From: an uncultured Gammaproteobacteria bacterium | Lineage (GTDB): Bacteria > Pseudomonadota > Gammaproteobacteria > GCA-001735895 | DNA length: 64,000 bases | Reading direction: 5' to 3' | Assembly: GCA_964196225.1 (NCBI GenBank) | Contig: CAXMSP010000016.1 | Coordinates: forward strand, 15,036 to 79,035 | Shown here: in pieces, positions 51,680-63,576 of the stretch | Position numbering within the stretch: the first letter of the stretch is position 1 | Layout of the letters: each line of letters begins with the position of its first letter | Translations under genes and position numbers: made by a program | Notes under the pieces: generated by a model | Seen by the model: only the letters and a program-made list of their open reading frames with translations | Databases searched by the model: none | Told to the model about the DNA's origin: nothing

Positions 51680-53395
51680 TTATTGAGATTTAATGTAGTC
51701 AATGATCTGGTCACGTTCCGATAGCACCAGAAACATGCCAAGATCATCAGCCTGCATGCGGTCGATCGCAAGCTTGACGCCTGCAAGCGGAGATTCAGAA
51801 AAATGTATTTTGTTTTCCACCATGCCACTTTGCAGGCAGGCCTGTTTCATAATTTCACTAACCTCACCAGTTGCCCGACCGCGGAGGTAAGATTCAACCT
51901 CGACAATCACAACATGGTCCAGCTCAATCGCGCAGACACCGTTGGCGATAGCCGCAATTTCATCATCGGAACGATCTCCGGCGGATCCGAACAAGGCCCA
52001 CTTTTCACGCGCCGGCATACGCCCTATAGTACTGGTGACCGCTTCGACACTATGCGCATTATGCGCAAAATCAACAATCACCCGGGATCCATTGGCTAGT
52101 TTAAAATGGTTTAATCGCCCCGGGTTATCGCGTTCATCACTGTTGAAACGGCACAGCCCCGCGCCGATCTGTTCGGCAGTATAATCCATCGCGCTAGCAA
52201 CGCCTGTCGCCCCCAGGGCGTTACGGACGTTATGCAGTGCAACTCCATTGAGCGTCATCGGAATATCGTTGATGTTGCAGATTTGTTCCAGGCTGTCACC
52301 ATCGAAATTAACTATGCTGTCGTCATCGATAAAGCAGCAACGTCCTCGATCGTTGATCTGTTGCTGGATCCGTGGGTTTGATTTATCCAGGCTGAACCAG
52401 CATAGATTCCGTTGTGGCTTATCGGCGAGGTAATCCACGATTTGTGCATCATCGGCATTTACCACCAGCACCCCGTTTTCGGCAAGGGCTTTGCTGACGG
52501 CAAACTTGGCCTCGGTCAGCGCGGCCAGCGTATTTACTCCGTACTGTCCCAGATGATCGTTGGCAACATTAGTCACCAATGCCGTACGCGCATGTCGCAA
52601 TGCCAATCCGCGGCGCAGGATGCCCCCGCGCGCAATCTCGAGAAAGGCGACCTCCAGTCTCGGATCGCGTAATAGCAGCCGCGCGCCGCCAGGTCCGGAA
52701 TAATCGCCCTGATCGAGGATATCATCGCCGACGCGCACAAAATCGGTGGAGGTAACCCCCGACTGTTGCTCGGCCGAACGCGCGATACCGTCGAGCAAGC
52801 GCACACTGGTTGATTTGCCATTGGTACCAGTTATCAATGCCACGGGAACGTCATGAATCGAGGCCCAGTTGATCTGCCCGGGTAACGGGATCTGGTCGAC
52901 CATGAAGCTAGCACTACCGATACCGTGACCGATTGAGACGATGTCATCATCGAACAGTAAATCCACGTCGTGGTCTACGGCCGCAGCCTCGAGCCCGATT
53001 AAATCGTTATTCTTTTCGATCTGCATTTGCTCGCGGATGTCATCGAGCAACACTTGCAGCGCTTCGACCTGGATCCCCAGTAACTCGCAGGCACAAAAAT
53101 ACCAGGCTGTTTCGAGCACCATCACCGCGCTGTAGAGCTGGTCGATCGGGGCCCCAAGCAGCAGGTTGAATCCATTTTCAAAACGCCGATGAGTGAGCTC
53201 TGGATTCTTCCAGTTCACTTCTGCAAGCACTCTATTAACCTGCCGATACCAGCAGTCGAGCACTGCGTCCTGGTCCATATCCTGGATTAGCACATCGAGA
53301 ATCGCGCCGGTCTCGCTCCATACCAACGAGGCACCGGTCAGGCGACGGCAGCCATCGACAACTAAACGACTGGAATCAGGGAAGGGGATTTCCAT
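51680..53395 (-). CDS. Mur-ligase-domain protein paralogous to the CphA M-domain (no ATP-grasp domain)
   Basis: ITGTNGKSTS, EIARGGILRRGL, NVANDHLG and VVNADD are parallel to TGTNGKTTT, ETARGGILRAGL, ITADHMG and LNADD in the adjacent cphA. About 185 aa at the N-terminus are unassigned. Confidence 0.7.
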   Translation of the reverse strand: MEIPFPDSSRLVVDGCRRLTGASLVWSETGAILDVLIQDMDQDAVLDCWYRQVNRVLAEVNWKNPELTHRRFENGFNLLLGAPIDQLYSAVMVLETAWYFCACELLGIQVEALQVLLDDIREQMQIEKNNDLIGLEAAAVDHDVDLLFDDDIVSIGHGIGSASFMVDQIPLPGQINWASIHDVPVALITGTNGKSTSVRLLDGIARSAEQQSGVTSTDFVRVGDDILDQGDYSGPGGARLLLRDPRLEVAFLEIARGGILRRGLALRHARTALVTNVANDHLGQYGVNTLAALTEAKFAVSKALAENGVLVVNADDAQIVDYLADKPQRNLCWFSLDKSNPRIQQQINDRGRCCFIDDDSIVNFDGDSLEQICNINDIPMTLNGVALHNVRNALGATGVASAMDYTAEQIGAGLCRFNSDERDNPGRLNHFKLANGSRVIVDFAHNAHSVEAVTSTIGRMPAREKWALFGSAGDRSDDEIAAIANGVCAIELDHVVIVEVESYLRGRATGEVSEIMKQACLQSGMVENKIHFSESPLAGVKLAIDRMQADDLGMFLVLSERDQIIDYIKSQ

Positions 53396-53413
53396 GCTCA
53401 GTCCGGATCGATC

Positions 53414-56218
53414 CTAGTCGGCGTCTTCGGGTTCGCTACTCGCCAGACGCACACCACGCTCATCGATGATCAATTCTTCGTCCTGGTCGAGTACAAAACG
53501 TTTTGCCTTTTCAGGCAAGAATACCTTGGTACCTGGAATGGTTTCCTTGGTTTCGCGCTTTTCACTATTGAGGTTAACAATCTGTTTCCAGGTACCAGCC
53601 AGGTCATCGGCTGTAATAACCAGAAGATCGCCTTCCTCGGCCGTGTTGAGGGCATGATCGACCGCAGCCTGCTCTTCCGCAATGACCGTAATATTGGCAT
53701 CGTCGACACCCAGCTCGAGTAAATAACCTCGAACCAGCTGTGGCAACTCGTCATGGCCACGACCACGCCGATTCGAATCAGCCTTGCAGACGAAATGGGT
53801 GAATTCCGGCAAACAGGCTTCGCAGGATTCACGGATATCTTCATCGCGACGGTCACCCGGCACCGAAAAAACGATCGTACGTTTCCCCACCGGATCGAGT
53901 CGACCGGCCAGCTCCGCCATGGCGCGGAAACCGGCAGGATTGTGCGCGTAATCGAGGATAACCTTGAAGGGATGCTCGTTATAAACGTTGGTCCGCCCCG
54001 GGCTCTGGAAGAATGAAGTATCGAAGGTGCGCAGGCCATTACGGATTTCGTCCAGGTCCTTGTCGAAACTGTAGGCCATGGCCGCCGCGAACATCGCGTT
54101 TTGCACATTGTGCATGGCCTTGCCCTCAATCGTCGCGGGTATCAGGTGCGTCCACAGAAGCGGCATGTGGGCACCATTGTCGTAGATCGTAATCATGTCG
54201 CCATTGATGCCCTTCTCAAGCACCAGGGCTCGGCCATTGGCCCGGATATGCTCACGCACCAACCCATGGGTCGGATCCATGGTCACGTAACACAGGTGCT
54301 TGGCGCGGGTATTGTCCGCCATTTTGAGACACAGTTTGTCGTCGGCATTGAGCACCGCGGTATCGTTCGCAACGCGCACCACGGTCTCCTTGACTCGCGC
54401 CAGCTGTTCCAGGGTTTCGATGCCGCCCAGGCCCATGTGATCGGCGGTAATATTGATACAGGCGGCAACGTCGCATTCGCTGTAACCCAGGCCCGCTCTC
54501 AAAATACCACCGCGTGCCGTTTCCAGCACGGCAAAGTCGATGGTGGGATCGCGCAGTACAATTTTCGCCGATTGCGGGCCGGTCATGTCACCCTTGACGG
54601 TTACGCGCCCATCCACCTGGATGCCACCGGTCGAGGTCATACCAACGGTATGACCGCTGGTATTCATAATATGCGTTAGCATTCTCGTGGTCGTGGTTTT
54701 ACCGTTGGTTCCGGTTATCGCTGCCACTGGAATCCGGCTGGGTGTGCCCGGTGGGTAGAGCATGTCGAGCACCTTGCCGGAGACGTCACGGGATTCACCT
54801 TCACTCGGCGCGACGTGCATACGGAATCCGGGCCCGGCATTGACTTCGACAATGGCACCACCGACATCCTTGTAGGAAAGGGTGATATCGTCGGTGATAA
54901 AATCGACACCGCCAATATCGAGGCCTACTGCGCGTACCGCGCGCACTGCCATTTCACGGTTATCGGGGTGCACGACGTCGGTTAAATCAATTGCGGTACC
55001 ACCGGTAGAGAGATTTGCGGTAGAGCGCAGGAAGAATACTTCATCCTTCTTTAACACCGTCTTTTCATCATAACCGGCAGCTTCCATCAAACGTTCCGCC
55101 TGGCCGTCGAGTTCGAGTCGGGTGAGTACCTTTTCGTGACCAATGCCACGCCGCGGATCAGCATTGACGATGTCGATCAGTTCCGCGATTGAAAGTTTAC
55201 CGTCCCCGACGACGTGCCCCGGCACGCGCTTGGCGACCGCGACCAGTTCACCATTGACGACCAGCATGCGATGGTCATAACCAGTGACAAAACTTTCCGC
55301 CAGCACAAAGCGCGATCTGCCCTGTCCCTTCGCGGTATGGAAAGCCTCACGCACCTCCTCATCGGTAGTCAGGTTAATGCTGATGCCGCGCCCGTGGTTG
55401 GCATCCAGCGGCTTAATGACGACCGGGTAACCCATGCGATTAACGGCGCTGACAGCCTCGTCTTCGCTACTGAACATGGTCTGCTTCGGTACCGGCAAAC
55501 CCATGTCTCTCAGCAGGCTATGGGTACCTTCCTTGTCGCTCGCCAGCGACGTGGCGATGGTACCGGTATCGCTGGTCACGGTGGCCTGGATACGTTTCTG
55601 ATACTTGCCGTGCCCGAACTGGACCAGGCTGTAATCATTGAGTCGCAGCCAGGGAATATTGCGCTCCACCGCGGCATCGACCAGCGACTGGGTGCTGGGT
55701 CCAAATTCACGGCGTTGAGCGCGGTGAACAAAGTCTTCGAGTTCGTTTTCGAAATTAAAACTTGCGTCGATGGGATGGTCGACCTGCTGTTGCAGATGCT
55801 CGGGTAATAAGTGCATTAGCAAGCGTAACGCCAGGTGCCCGGCCTCGGTACCAACATCGCGCTGTTTGTAGGCATAGACCATGTTGTACATACCGGTTTC
55901 ACCAGTGGTACGGGTGCGCCCGAAAGAGACGCCGGAGCCGGCAATATTTTGTATCTCGAGCGCGACATGTTCCATGATATGGCCCATCCAGGTCCCCTCA
56001 TCCTCGGTCAGGCGGCGAATAAATCCACCCGGCTCGCGATAGGAACATCCATGCTCCGCGAGACTCGGCAACGCCTGCTGCAACCCATCGGTAAACTCCG
56101 TACCACATTTGACCGATGGCCAGCCCACCAGCACACCGATATCGAGCACCATGCGGATGACCGGGAAATTGGCGTAGATGCTGGGCCCTACGTAGACGTT
56201 GGTTGCGGTAATTTTCAT
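53414..56218 (-). CDS. cphA: Cyanophycin synthetase
   Basis: 934 aa with the N-domain MKITATNVYVGPSIYANFPVI, an ATP-grasp core and a Mur-ligase M-domain (GTNGKTTTT). Confidence 0.93.
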   Translation of the reverse strand: MKITATNVYVGPSIYANFPVIRMVLDIGVLVGWPSVKCGTEFTDGLQQALPSLAEHGCSYREPGGFIRRLTEDEGTWMGHIMEHVALEIQNIAGSGVSFGRTRTTGETGMYNMVYAYKQRDVGTEAGHLALRLLMHLLPEHLQQQVDHPIDASFNFENELEDFVHRAQRREFGPSTQSLVDAAVERNIPWLRLNDYSLVQFGHGKYQKRIQATVTSDTGTIATSLASDKEGTHSLLRDMGLPVPKQTMFSSEDEAVSAVNRMGYPVVIKPLDANHGRGISINLTTDEEVREAFHTAKGQGRSRFVLAESFVTGYDHRMLVVNGELVAVAKRVPGHVVGDGKLSIAELIDIVNADPRRGIGHEKVLTRLELDGQAERLMEAAGYDEKTVLKKDEVFFLRSTANLSTGGTAIDLTDVVHPDNREMAVRAVRAVGLDIGGVDFITDDITLSYKDVGGAIVEVNAGPGFRMHVAPSEGESRDVSGKVLDMLYPPGTPSRIPVAAITGTNGKTTTTRMLTHIMNTSGHTVGMTSTGGIQVDGRVTVKGDMTGPQSAKIVLRDPTIDFAVLETARGGILRAGLGYSECDVAACINITADHMGLGGIETLEQLARVKETVVRVANDTAVLNADDKLCLKMADNTRAKHLCYVTMDPTHGLVREHIRANGRALVLEKGINGDMITIYDNGAHMPLLWTHLIPATIEGKAMHNVQNAMFAAAMAYSFDKDLDEIRNGLRTFDTSFFQSPGRTNVYNEHPFKVILDYAHNPAGFRAMAELAGRLDPVGKRTIVFSVPGDRRDEDIRESCEACLPEFTHFVCKADSNRRGRGHDELPQLVRGYLLELGVDDANITVIAEEQAAVDHALNTAEEGDLLVITADDLAGTWKQIVNLNSEKRETKETIPGTKVFLPEKAKRFVLDQDEELIIDERGVRLASSEPEDAD

Positions 56219-57057
56219 CTGCGACCTCGCGGTTTTTTTGGTGGGTACGGTTTACGCTCGTAGATATCGAAACGACAGCCTTTGGATAATATATGCAACT
56301 TGAGATCGAGCAGGCTCAGCGACTCATTTTTCTTGGCCCGATCCATAGATGAGTAGCTTAAGTGTTCAGGGTCGATAATGGTAACGCTACCACTACCCTC
56401 GACTTCAAACACCTGGTCCGGTGCAATAAAGATCGCGGTATCTTCATCGATGCCGACGCCCATCATGAACGGGTTATAGGAAACCGCGGTCAACAACCGT
56501 CCCAGCCGATCGCGCTGACTGAAATGCTGATCGATAATAACCGCGTTGGTCAGTCCCAAGCCAGGGGCGAGGTTGACACCATCGGCCTGCGGCGACAGAC
56601 CCATCGAACCGCCGGCAATCATGTGCTCGGGCATAATTGCGGCACCGGCCGAGGTACCGGCAACATGCACGCCAGCCGCATTCAGGCGTCTTATTTTTTG
56701 TGCCATCAGGGTACCACCCAAGATTGTTGACAGGCGCAACTGGTTGCCCCCGGTCATAAAAATTCCAGTGGCCCCGTTGAATTGCTCAATATATTCTTCG
56801 CGGTCGGCATCGGCGCGTTCGGAAATCGGCAGCGAAATAACCCTGCTGACACCCATCTTGGTAAAAATCTCGATATAACGTTCGCCGGTGTCGGGTAGAC
56901 TCGATGCGGTCGGAATAATCACGATCTGCGCATTGCGCCCACCGCAAAGTTTTGCGAAACGCCGCAGAACTCGCATCGAACCGGTTCGCTCTTCGGCACC
57001 ACCAATCGGTATGACATAACCGCGGGTCTGATCTTCTCGATGGGGGGATGGACTCAT
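56215..57057 (-). CDS. cphE: Cyanophycinase (peptidase S51), no signal peptide
   Basis: It has IPIGGAEE, TGGNQLRL and the Ser nucleophile context GTSAGAAIM. ATGA-type overlap with cphA. Confidence 0.9.
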   Translation of the reverse strand: MSPSPHREDQTRGYVIPIGGAEERTGSMRVLRRFAKLCGGRNAQIVIIPTASSLPDTGERYIEIFTKMGVSRVISLPISERADADREEYIEQFNGATGIFMTGGNQLRLSTILGGTLMAQKIRRLNAAGVHVAGTSAGAAIMPEHMIAGGSMGLSPQADGVNLAPGLGLTNAVIIDQHFSQRDRLGRLLTAVSYNPFMMGVGIDEDTAIFIAPDQVFEVEGSGSVTIIDPEHLSYSSMDRAKKNESLSLLDLKLHILSKGCRFDIYERKPYPPKKPRGRR

Positions 57058-57074
57058 TAGAATTCTCTTGAATA

Positions 57075-58238
57075 TTATTCTTCAAACAGGCCGGTCAGCA
57101 GTTGCGTGGATTTTTTTACATGCCAGGCACCCCTGGCCATTACGCTATCAACTTGATTGTGTTGATCCAGCACCACCAAATCAGCATCGAGCCCCTGGAC
57201 GATGCGCCCCTTCTGATGCAACCTCAACAGGGTCGCAACATTGCTGGTCATGCAGGGCAGCACCTTGTCTTCAGGCACGCCACTGTCGAGCAAATTTTTT
57301 AAACCTTGCGCCATTGCCGAACAACTCGCGAATCCCATTTTAAGCAATTCTCCCTGTGAGTCGAAACTCGGGGCGCAACCGCCACCATCCGAACTGATGG
57401 TTAATTTACTTCCGTCGCAGCCCTGGTCCAGGTATCGTACTAGCGCTTCCTCGGCCGACCAACCCTGATCAATCGAGTCTGCCGAGAACGCGGTCAGGTC
57501 AACATTGCAACCGTGTCCACTCAACTCGCAGGCCTCTTCAAACAACGCCTTGTTCCGATTCACATGTGTCGGATTGAATACCCGGGGCGGGATTTCGCTG
57601 GTTTCGAGACAATCGCGGATCATTGACAGGCCGCGCTCGCCGTCGCCGAGATGGAAATGTACGATACCGGCCTTGCCGGTCATCAAACCGGCAACATGCG
57701 CCTCACTGGCCAGGCGCAGAATTTCATCAAGCGTGGGTTGACTCGAGCGATGGTCGCTTATCGCTACCTCGCCGACGCCAATTACCGGTTCCAGATTAAC
57801 GATATCGCTACGCGCGGACCCGGTCAGGGTGACAACCGGTACATGGTAACCCCCGGTATAACACCAGGCGGAAAGTCCCTCTTCACGCAGCCCCATGACC
57901 TGGCTGAGCAGATTCTGCGGTGTGCGCGTGAGATCGTCGGTACCGAGCAGGCCAATCACGCTGGTGACACCGGCGTGGGTTATCTGGCTGAGCGCTAGCG
58001 GTGGAACCCGCGTCGATGGCCCTGCTTCACCGCCACCGCCAGTCAGGTGCGTGTGCGCATCGATCAAACCGGGCACCAGCCGCGCGCCATCGAGATCGGT
58101 TACCTCAACTTCGAGCGCATCATCCAGTTGCGGTAAATGATCACCGAGATAAGCAATCTTGCCGGCGCAAACCAGAACCTGTTTTAGCCCCAGTGGTTCG
58201 GGTGCAAAAACGTTAGCGTTAGTGATCAATTTAAACAT
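57075..58238 (-). CDS. iadA: Isoaspartyl (beta-aspartyl) dipeptidase
   Basis: GLIDAHTHLTGGGGEAG is the amidohydrolase metal site. I chose the ATG at 58238 (MFKLITNANVF), which avoids overlap with glmS. Confidence 0.88.
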   Translation of the reverse strand: MFKLITNANVFAPEPLGLKQVLVCAGKIAYLGDHLPQLDDALEVEVTDLDGARLVPGLIDAHTHLTGGGGEAGPSTRVPPLALSQITHAGVTSVIGLLGTDDLTRTPQNLLSQVMGLREEGLSAWCYTGGYHVPVVTLTGSARSDIVNLEPVIGVGEVAISDHRSSQPTLDEILRLASEAHVAGLMTGKAGIVHFHLGDGERGLSMIRDCLETSEIPPRVFNPTHVNRNKALFEEACELSGHGCNVDLTAFSADSIDQGWSAEEALVRYLDQGCDGSKLTISSDGGGCAPSFDSQGELLKMGFASCSAMAQGLKNLLDSGVPEDKVLPCMTSNVATLLRLHQKGRIVQGLDADLVVLDQHNQVDSVMARGAWHVKKSTQLLTGLFEE

Positions 58239-58287
58239 GGTTAGATAAGGCCAGTGTTGCCCAGAGGTATGCGGCGTGTTGTTATCG

Positions 58288-60111
58288 TTATTCGACGGTA
58301 ACCGACTTGGCAAGGTTGCGCGGTTGATCGACGTCAGTGCCTCGCAATACCGCGACATGATAGCTGAGTAACTGTAAAGGAATCGTCGACAGGATCGGGG
58401 TCACCCAATTAGTGTCGCAATCCATCTCGATCACAACATCGTCTGACTCGGTATCGAGATGCGCACCGCGATGCGCAAATACGTAAAGCTTGCCGCCGCG
58501 CGCCTTGACCTCCTGCATGTTGGAGTGCAACTTTTCGAGCAGATCGTCATTCGGCGCCACCACGACTACCGGCATGTCGGCATCGACCAGTGCCAGTGGT
58601 CCGTGTTTAAGCTCACCGGCCGGGTAGGCCTCGGCATGGATATAGGAAATTTCCTTGAGCTTGAGTGCGCCTTCCATCGCGATGGCGTGATGTTCGCCGC
58701 GACCCAGAAACAGCGCATGTTCCTTTTCGACAAAGTCTTCCGCGATAGCTTCGATCTGCGCCTCGAGACCCAGTAATTTTTCGACCTGCGCGGGTAACGC
58801 AGTCAACTCGCCGATGATAGCGGCTATGGTGTTATCATCGAGGCGCTTTTGGCGCTTGCCGAGAGCTACCACAAAAAGCAGCATCGCCACCAGTTGCGTC
58901 GTGAAAGCCTTGGTCGAAGCAACCCCGATTTCAGGTCCGGCGCGGGTCATCATGACCAGGCTGGACTCACGCACCAGCGACGATTCCGGAGCATTGCAAA
59001 TGCTTAACGAACCGCAATAATTTTTCGACTCGAGACTGCGCAGTGCCGACAGCGTATCCGCGGTTTCGCCCGACTGCGACAGGGTCACGAACAGCGTGTT
59101 TTTGGGAACCACTGCCTTGCGGTAGCGAAATTCGCTTGCAACTTCGACCTGGCAGGGCAAATCCAGCAGCGCTTCAATCCAGTACCTGGCAACAATTCCG
59201 GCATGGTAACTGGTACCACAGGCGATTATCTGCACATGCTCGACGCGATCGAAAATGGCATCGGCATCGTAACCAAACACCGCGTCGAGCACGGCTTTGT
59301 CGCTAATACGGCCTTCCAGGCATTCGGCGATCGCCCGTCCCTGCTCGTGGATTTCCTTCAGCATGTAATGGCGATAATCGCCCTTGTTGGCCGAGTCGCT
59401 ATTCAACTCGCTAATCTTGACATCATGATCCCTGGTATTGCCCGCAGCGTCGTACACCTGGTAATCGTTTTTATGCAGAACGACGTAATCACCCTCTTCG
59501 AGATAAACAAACCGGTTGGTAACGGGCAATAGCGCGGAGACGTCGGAAGCAACAAAGTTTTCCTTGATGCCGACGCCAACCACCAGTGGATTGCCGCGCC
59601 GGCAGGCAACCAGGGTATCGGGATCATCGACGGCGATAATGCCGAGCGCAAAGGCCCCTTCGAGTTCGTCGACTGCTTTCTTAACGGCTACAAACAAATC
59701 ACCTTTAAAATGACTATCGATTAAATGCGCGACGACTTCACTATCGGTTTCGGAACTGAACTCGTATCCCGCTTTCAACAGGCGCTCACGAATCCCCTTG
59801 TAGTTTTCGATGATGCCATTGTGCACAACCGCAACGCGGTCGCTGGAAAAATGGGGATGCGCATTGCTTTCAGAGGGCGCACCATGAGTCGCCCAGCGCG
59901 TATGCGCGATGCCGATATGCCCGGGTTGTTCACCCGACATCCTGGCCTCGAGTTCACAGACCTTGCCAAGCGCACGGAACCGCTCTAGCTTATGATCCTC
60001 GATTAGCGCCATGCCAGCGGAATCGTAACCCCGGTACTCTAGACGATATAGACCCTCGAGCAGTATTGAGCTCACGTTGCGTTGCGCCAACGCACCCACT
60101 ATTCCACACAT
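58288..60111 (-). CDS. glmS: Glutamine--fructose-6-phosphate aminotransferase
   Basis: It has the MCGIVG N-terminal nucleophile, two SIS domains and the ending ..LAKSVTVE. Confidence 0.97.
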   Translation of the reverse strand: MCGIVGALAQRNVSSILLEGLYRLEYRGYDSAGMALIEDHKLERFRALGKVCELEARMSGEQPGHIGIAHTRWATHGAPSESNAHPHFSSDRVAVVHNGIIENYKGIRERLLKAGYEFSSETDSEVVAHLIDSHFKGDLFVAVKKAVDELEGAFALGIIAVDDPDTLVACRRGNPLVVGVGIKENFVASDVSALLPVTNRFVYLEEGDYVVLHKNDYQVYDAAGNTRDHDVKISELNSDSANKGDYRHYMLKEIHEQGRAIAECLEGRISDKAVLDAVFGYDADAIFDRVEHVQIIACGTSYHAGIVARYWIEALLDLPCQVEVASEFRYRKAVVPKNTLFVTLSQSGETADTLSALRSLESKNYCGSLSICNAPESSLVRESSLVMMTRAGPEIGVASTKAFTTQLVAMLLFVVALGKRQKRLDDNTIAAIIGELTALPAQVEKLLGLEAQIEAIAEDFVEKEHALFLGRGEHHAIAMEGALKLKEISYIHAEAYPAGELKHGPLALVDADMPVVVVAPNDDLLEKLHSNMQEVKARGGKLYVFAHRGAHLDTESDDVVIEMDCDTNWVTPILSTIPLQLLSYHVAVLRGTDVDQPRNLAKSVTVE

Positions 60112-60114
60112 AGC

Positions 60115-61488
60115 TTAACTATCCTCTTTCTTCTTTACCGGTTTCGACCAGCTGTTCATGGTAACCTGTTTCGCGCGTGACAGGGTAAGCGCGTCGGCAG
60201 GGGCATCCTTGGTAATCGTCGAGCCTGCGCCGATGGTTGCGTTTTTTGCAACCGTTACCGGCGCTACCAATTGCGTATCTGAACCGATAAAGACGCCGTC
60301 TTCGATGATGGTTTTAAACTTGTTTGCGCCATCGTAGTTGCAGGTGATGGTACCGGCACCAATATTAACCTCACTGCCCATCTCGGTGTCACCGATATAG
60401 CTCAGGTGACTAATCTTGCTGCCTTTACCGATCCGTGACTTCTTGGTCTCAACAAAGTTGCCGATTTTAACTTCATCGTTACATTCGGTTCCTGGCCGAA
60501 TCCGCGCAAACGGACCGATGCTGACATCGCACCCGATCACCGCCTCGTCGATCGACGTCATGGGTTTGATATCGCTGCCGGCGCCGATACTGGTATTTCG
60601 AATCACGCAATTGGCACCGATACGCACGTTGTCCCCAAGCGAGACGACGCCTTCAAACACGCAATTAACGTCGATTTCAACATCGGTTCCAACCGTAATC
60701 TCGCCTCGAATATCCACGCGCGCCGGATCGTATAGCTTGACGCCCTGCCTCATCAGCAGTTCGGCCTGGTGAGACCGATATATGGCTTCAACAGCTGCCA
60801 GTTGCAGTTGGTCATTAATGCCGCTCACCTCGCGTGCATCGGCGCACAAAACCGCACTAACCGATTCACCCATGCCGACTGCAATGTCGACCACGTCGGT
60901 CAGGTAGTACTCGCCCTGGGCGTTGTGCTTGTCCAATGATCTGACCAGTTGTTGCAGCTGTTCGCCGCGGATTAACATGATCCCGGAGTAGCATTCATCG
61001 ATTTCAAGCTGTTCAGAGTTCGCGTCTTTTTGCTCAACAATTGCCTGTACAGATGTATCTTGCTGACGCACGATACGCCCGTATCCGAATGGATTGTCAG
61101 GTTTAAAACCCAGAATGCAAACCGCGGCGTCACTTCTCTGTTCGATCATCTGTGACAGCGTTGCCGCGCGAATTAACGGAACATCGCCATACAACACCAA
61201 CACGTCATTATCCGGCGTTATTGTATCCAGGCATTGTGCCAGGGCATGCCCGGTGCCAAGTTGCTCGAGTTGCTCAACAAAGATCAATCCCTGTCCCTGC
61301 ATCGCATCTTTCACCTGATCGGCCCCATGGCCGACGACCGTGATTAATTGATCAGGTTCGAGCGCAAGACTGGCATCGACGACATGCTGCAGCAGCGGCT
61401 TGTCGGCCAGTTCATGAATCACCTTCGGGCGCGCGGATTTCATGCGCGTTCCCTGACCCGCGGCGAGAATGACAACAGTCAGTGACAT
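60115..61488 (-). CDS. glmU: Bifunctional UDP-GlcNAc pyrophosphorylase / GlcN-1-P acetyltransferase
   Basis: It has LAAGQGTRMKS and C-terminal left-handed beta-helix hexapeptide repeats. Confidence 0.96.
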   Translation of the reverse strand: MSLTVVILAAGQGTRMKSARPKVIHELADKPLLQHVVDASLALEPDQLITVVGHGADQVKDAMQGQGLIFVEQLEQLGTGHALAQCLDTITPDNDVLVLYGDVPLIRAATLSQMIEQRSDAAVCILGFKPDNPFGYGRIVRQQDTSVQAIVEQKDANSEQLEIDECYSGIMLIRGEQLQQLVRSLDKHNAQGEYYLTDVVDIAVGMGESVSAVLCADAREVSGINDQLQLAAVEAIYRSHQAELLMRQGVKLYDPARVDIRGEITVGTDVEIDVNCVFEGVVSLGDNVRIGANCVIRNTSIGAGSDIKPMTSIDEAVIGCDVSIGPFARIRPGTECNDEVKIGNFVETKKSRIGKGSKISHLSYIGDTEMGSEVNIGAGTITCNYDGANKFKTIIEDGVFIGSDTQLVAPVTVAKNATIGAGSTITKDAPADALTLSRAKQVTMNSWSKPVKKKEDS

Positions 61489-61540
61489 AAATGAATACTA
61501 GAATAAAATCGGGCGCTTATTGTAATGCAGTGCGGGGTTT

Positions 61541-61700
61541 TCGTCATTCTCGTAATGGTCGATTATTGCAGATACAACGTCATTCTCTCACGGGCTGGAA
61601 TCTTCTAATGTGAGCAGGTCGATGATTACGGGGATAAAAAAGGGTTAGCTGGTTATTTCTGGATCCCGGATAGCTGCTGACGCAGCTTCCGGGATGACAG
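61541..61700. repeat. Second cluster of GTCATYC-hairpin repeats
   Basis: CGTCATTCTCG lies at 61541 and CGTCATTCTCTCACGGGCTGGAATC at 61578. On the minus strand, GTCATCCCGGAAGCTGCGTCAGCAGCTATCCGGGATCC spans 61661-61698. Confidence 0.5.
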
Positions 61701-61702
61701 GG

Positions 61703-61728
61703 ATAAAAAAAGGGGCTCGTGCCCCTTA
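61703..61728 (-). terminator. Rho-independent terminator after atpC
   Basis: The minus strand reads AAGGGGC-ACGA-GCCCCTT followed by TTTTTTA. Confidence 0.8.
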
Positions 61729-61740
61729 TTTTTATCCTTG

Positions 61741-62157
61741 TCACTTTTTCTTGAGCTTTTTGATCGCCTGGATTTGCGCTGCCAGGGACGCGAGTTCGGC
61801 CTTGGCCTTGGCGATATCGAGATCAGACTGCTGATCGGCCAACGCTGCTTCGGCACGTTTCTGGGCTTCGAGCGCCGCCGCCTCGTCGAGATCATCGGCA
61901 CGAATCGCCGTGTCCGAAAGTACCGTCACCAGGTGCGGCTGGACCTCGAGAATACCGCCCGAGATGAAGAAGAATTCTTCTTTGCCATCGCCCATGTCGA
62001 GGCGCACTTCGCCTGGTTTCAGCGGCGATATCAGCGGCGTGTGCCGCGGTGCAATACCCACCTCGCCCATCACCGCCGGTGCATAAACCATGTACGCTTC
62101 GCCGGAGAAGATCTGCTCTTCGGCGCTGACGATATCTACCTGGATGGTGTTGGCCAT
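61741..62157 (-). CDS. atpC: F1 ATP synthase epsilon subunit
   Basis: 138 aa, starting [21 protein letters not shown]. It is downstream of atpD. Confidence 0.95.
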   Translation of the reverse strand: MANTIQVDIVSAEEQIFSGEAYMVYAPAVMGEVGIAPRHTPLISPLKPGEVRLDMGDGKEEFFFISGGILEVQPHLVTVLSDTAIRADDLDEAAALEAQKRAEAALADQQSDLDIAKAKAELASLAAQIQAIKKLKKK

Positions 62158-62166
62158 AGCGGTACC

Positions 62167-63549
<1,383 letters not shown>

Positions 63550-63576
63550 TTAATCCTCTATCAATACTTAAACTGT

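Noticed and set aside
54101-55807. 192-aa and 197-aa plus-strand ORFs inside cphA, and similar cases inside pilY1, the 642-aa gene and the amidase
   Set aside because: They are antisense to confidently identified genes, and their translated composition is low in complexity and rich in Arg, Gly and His. I treat them as non-coding.
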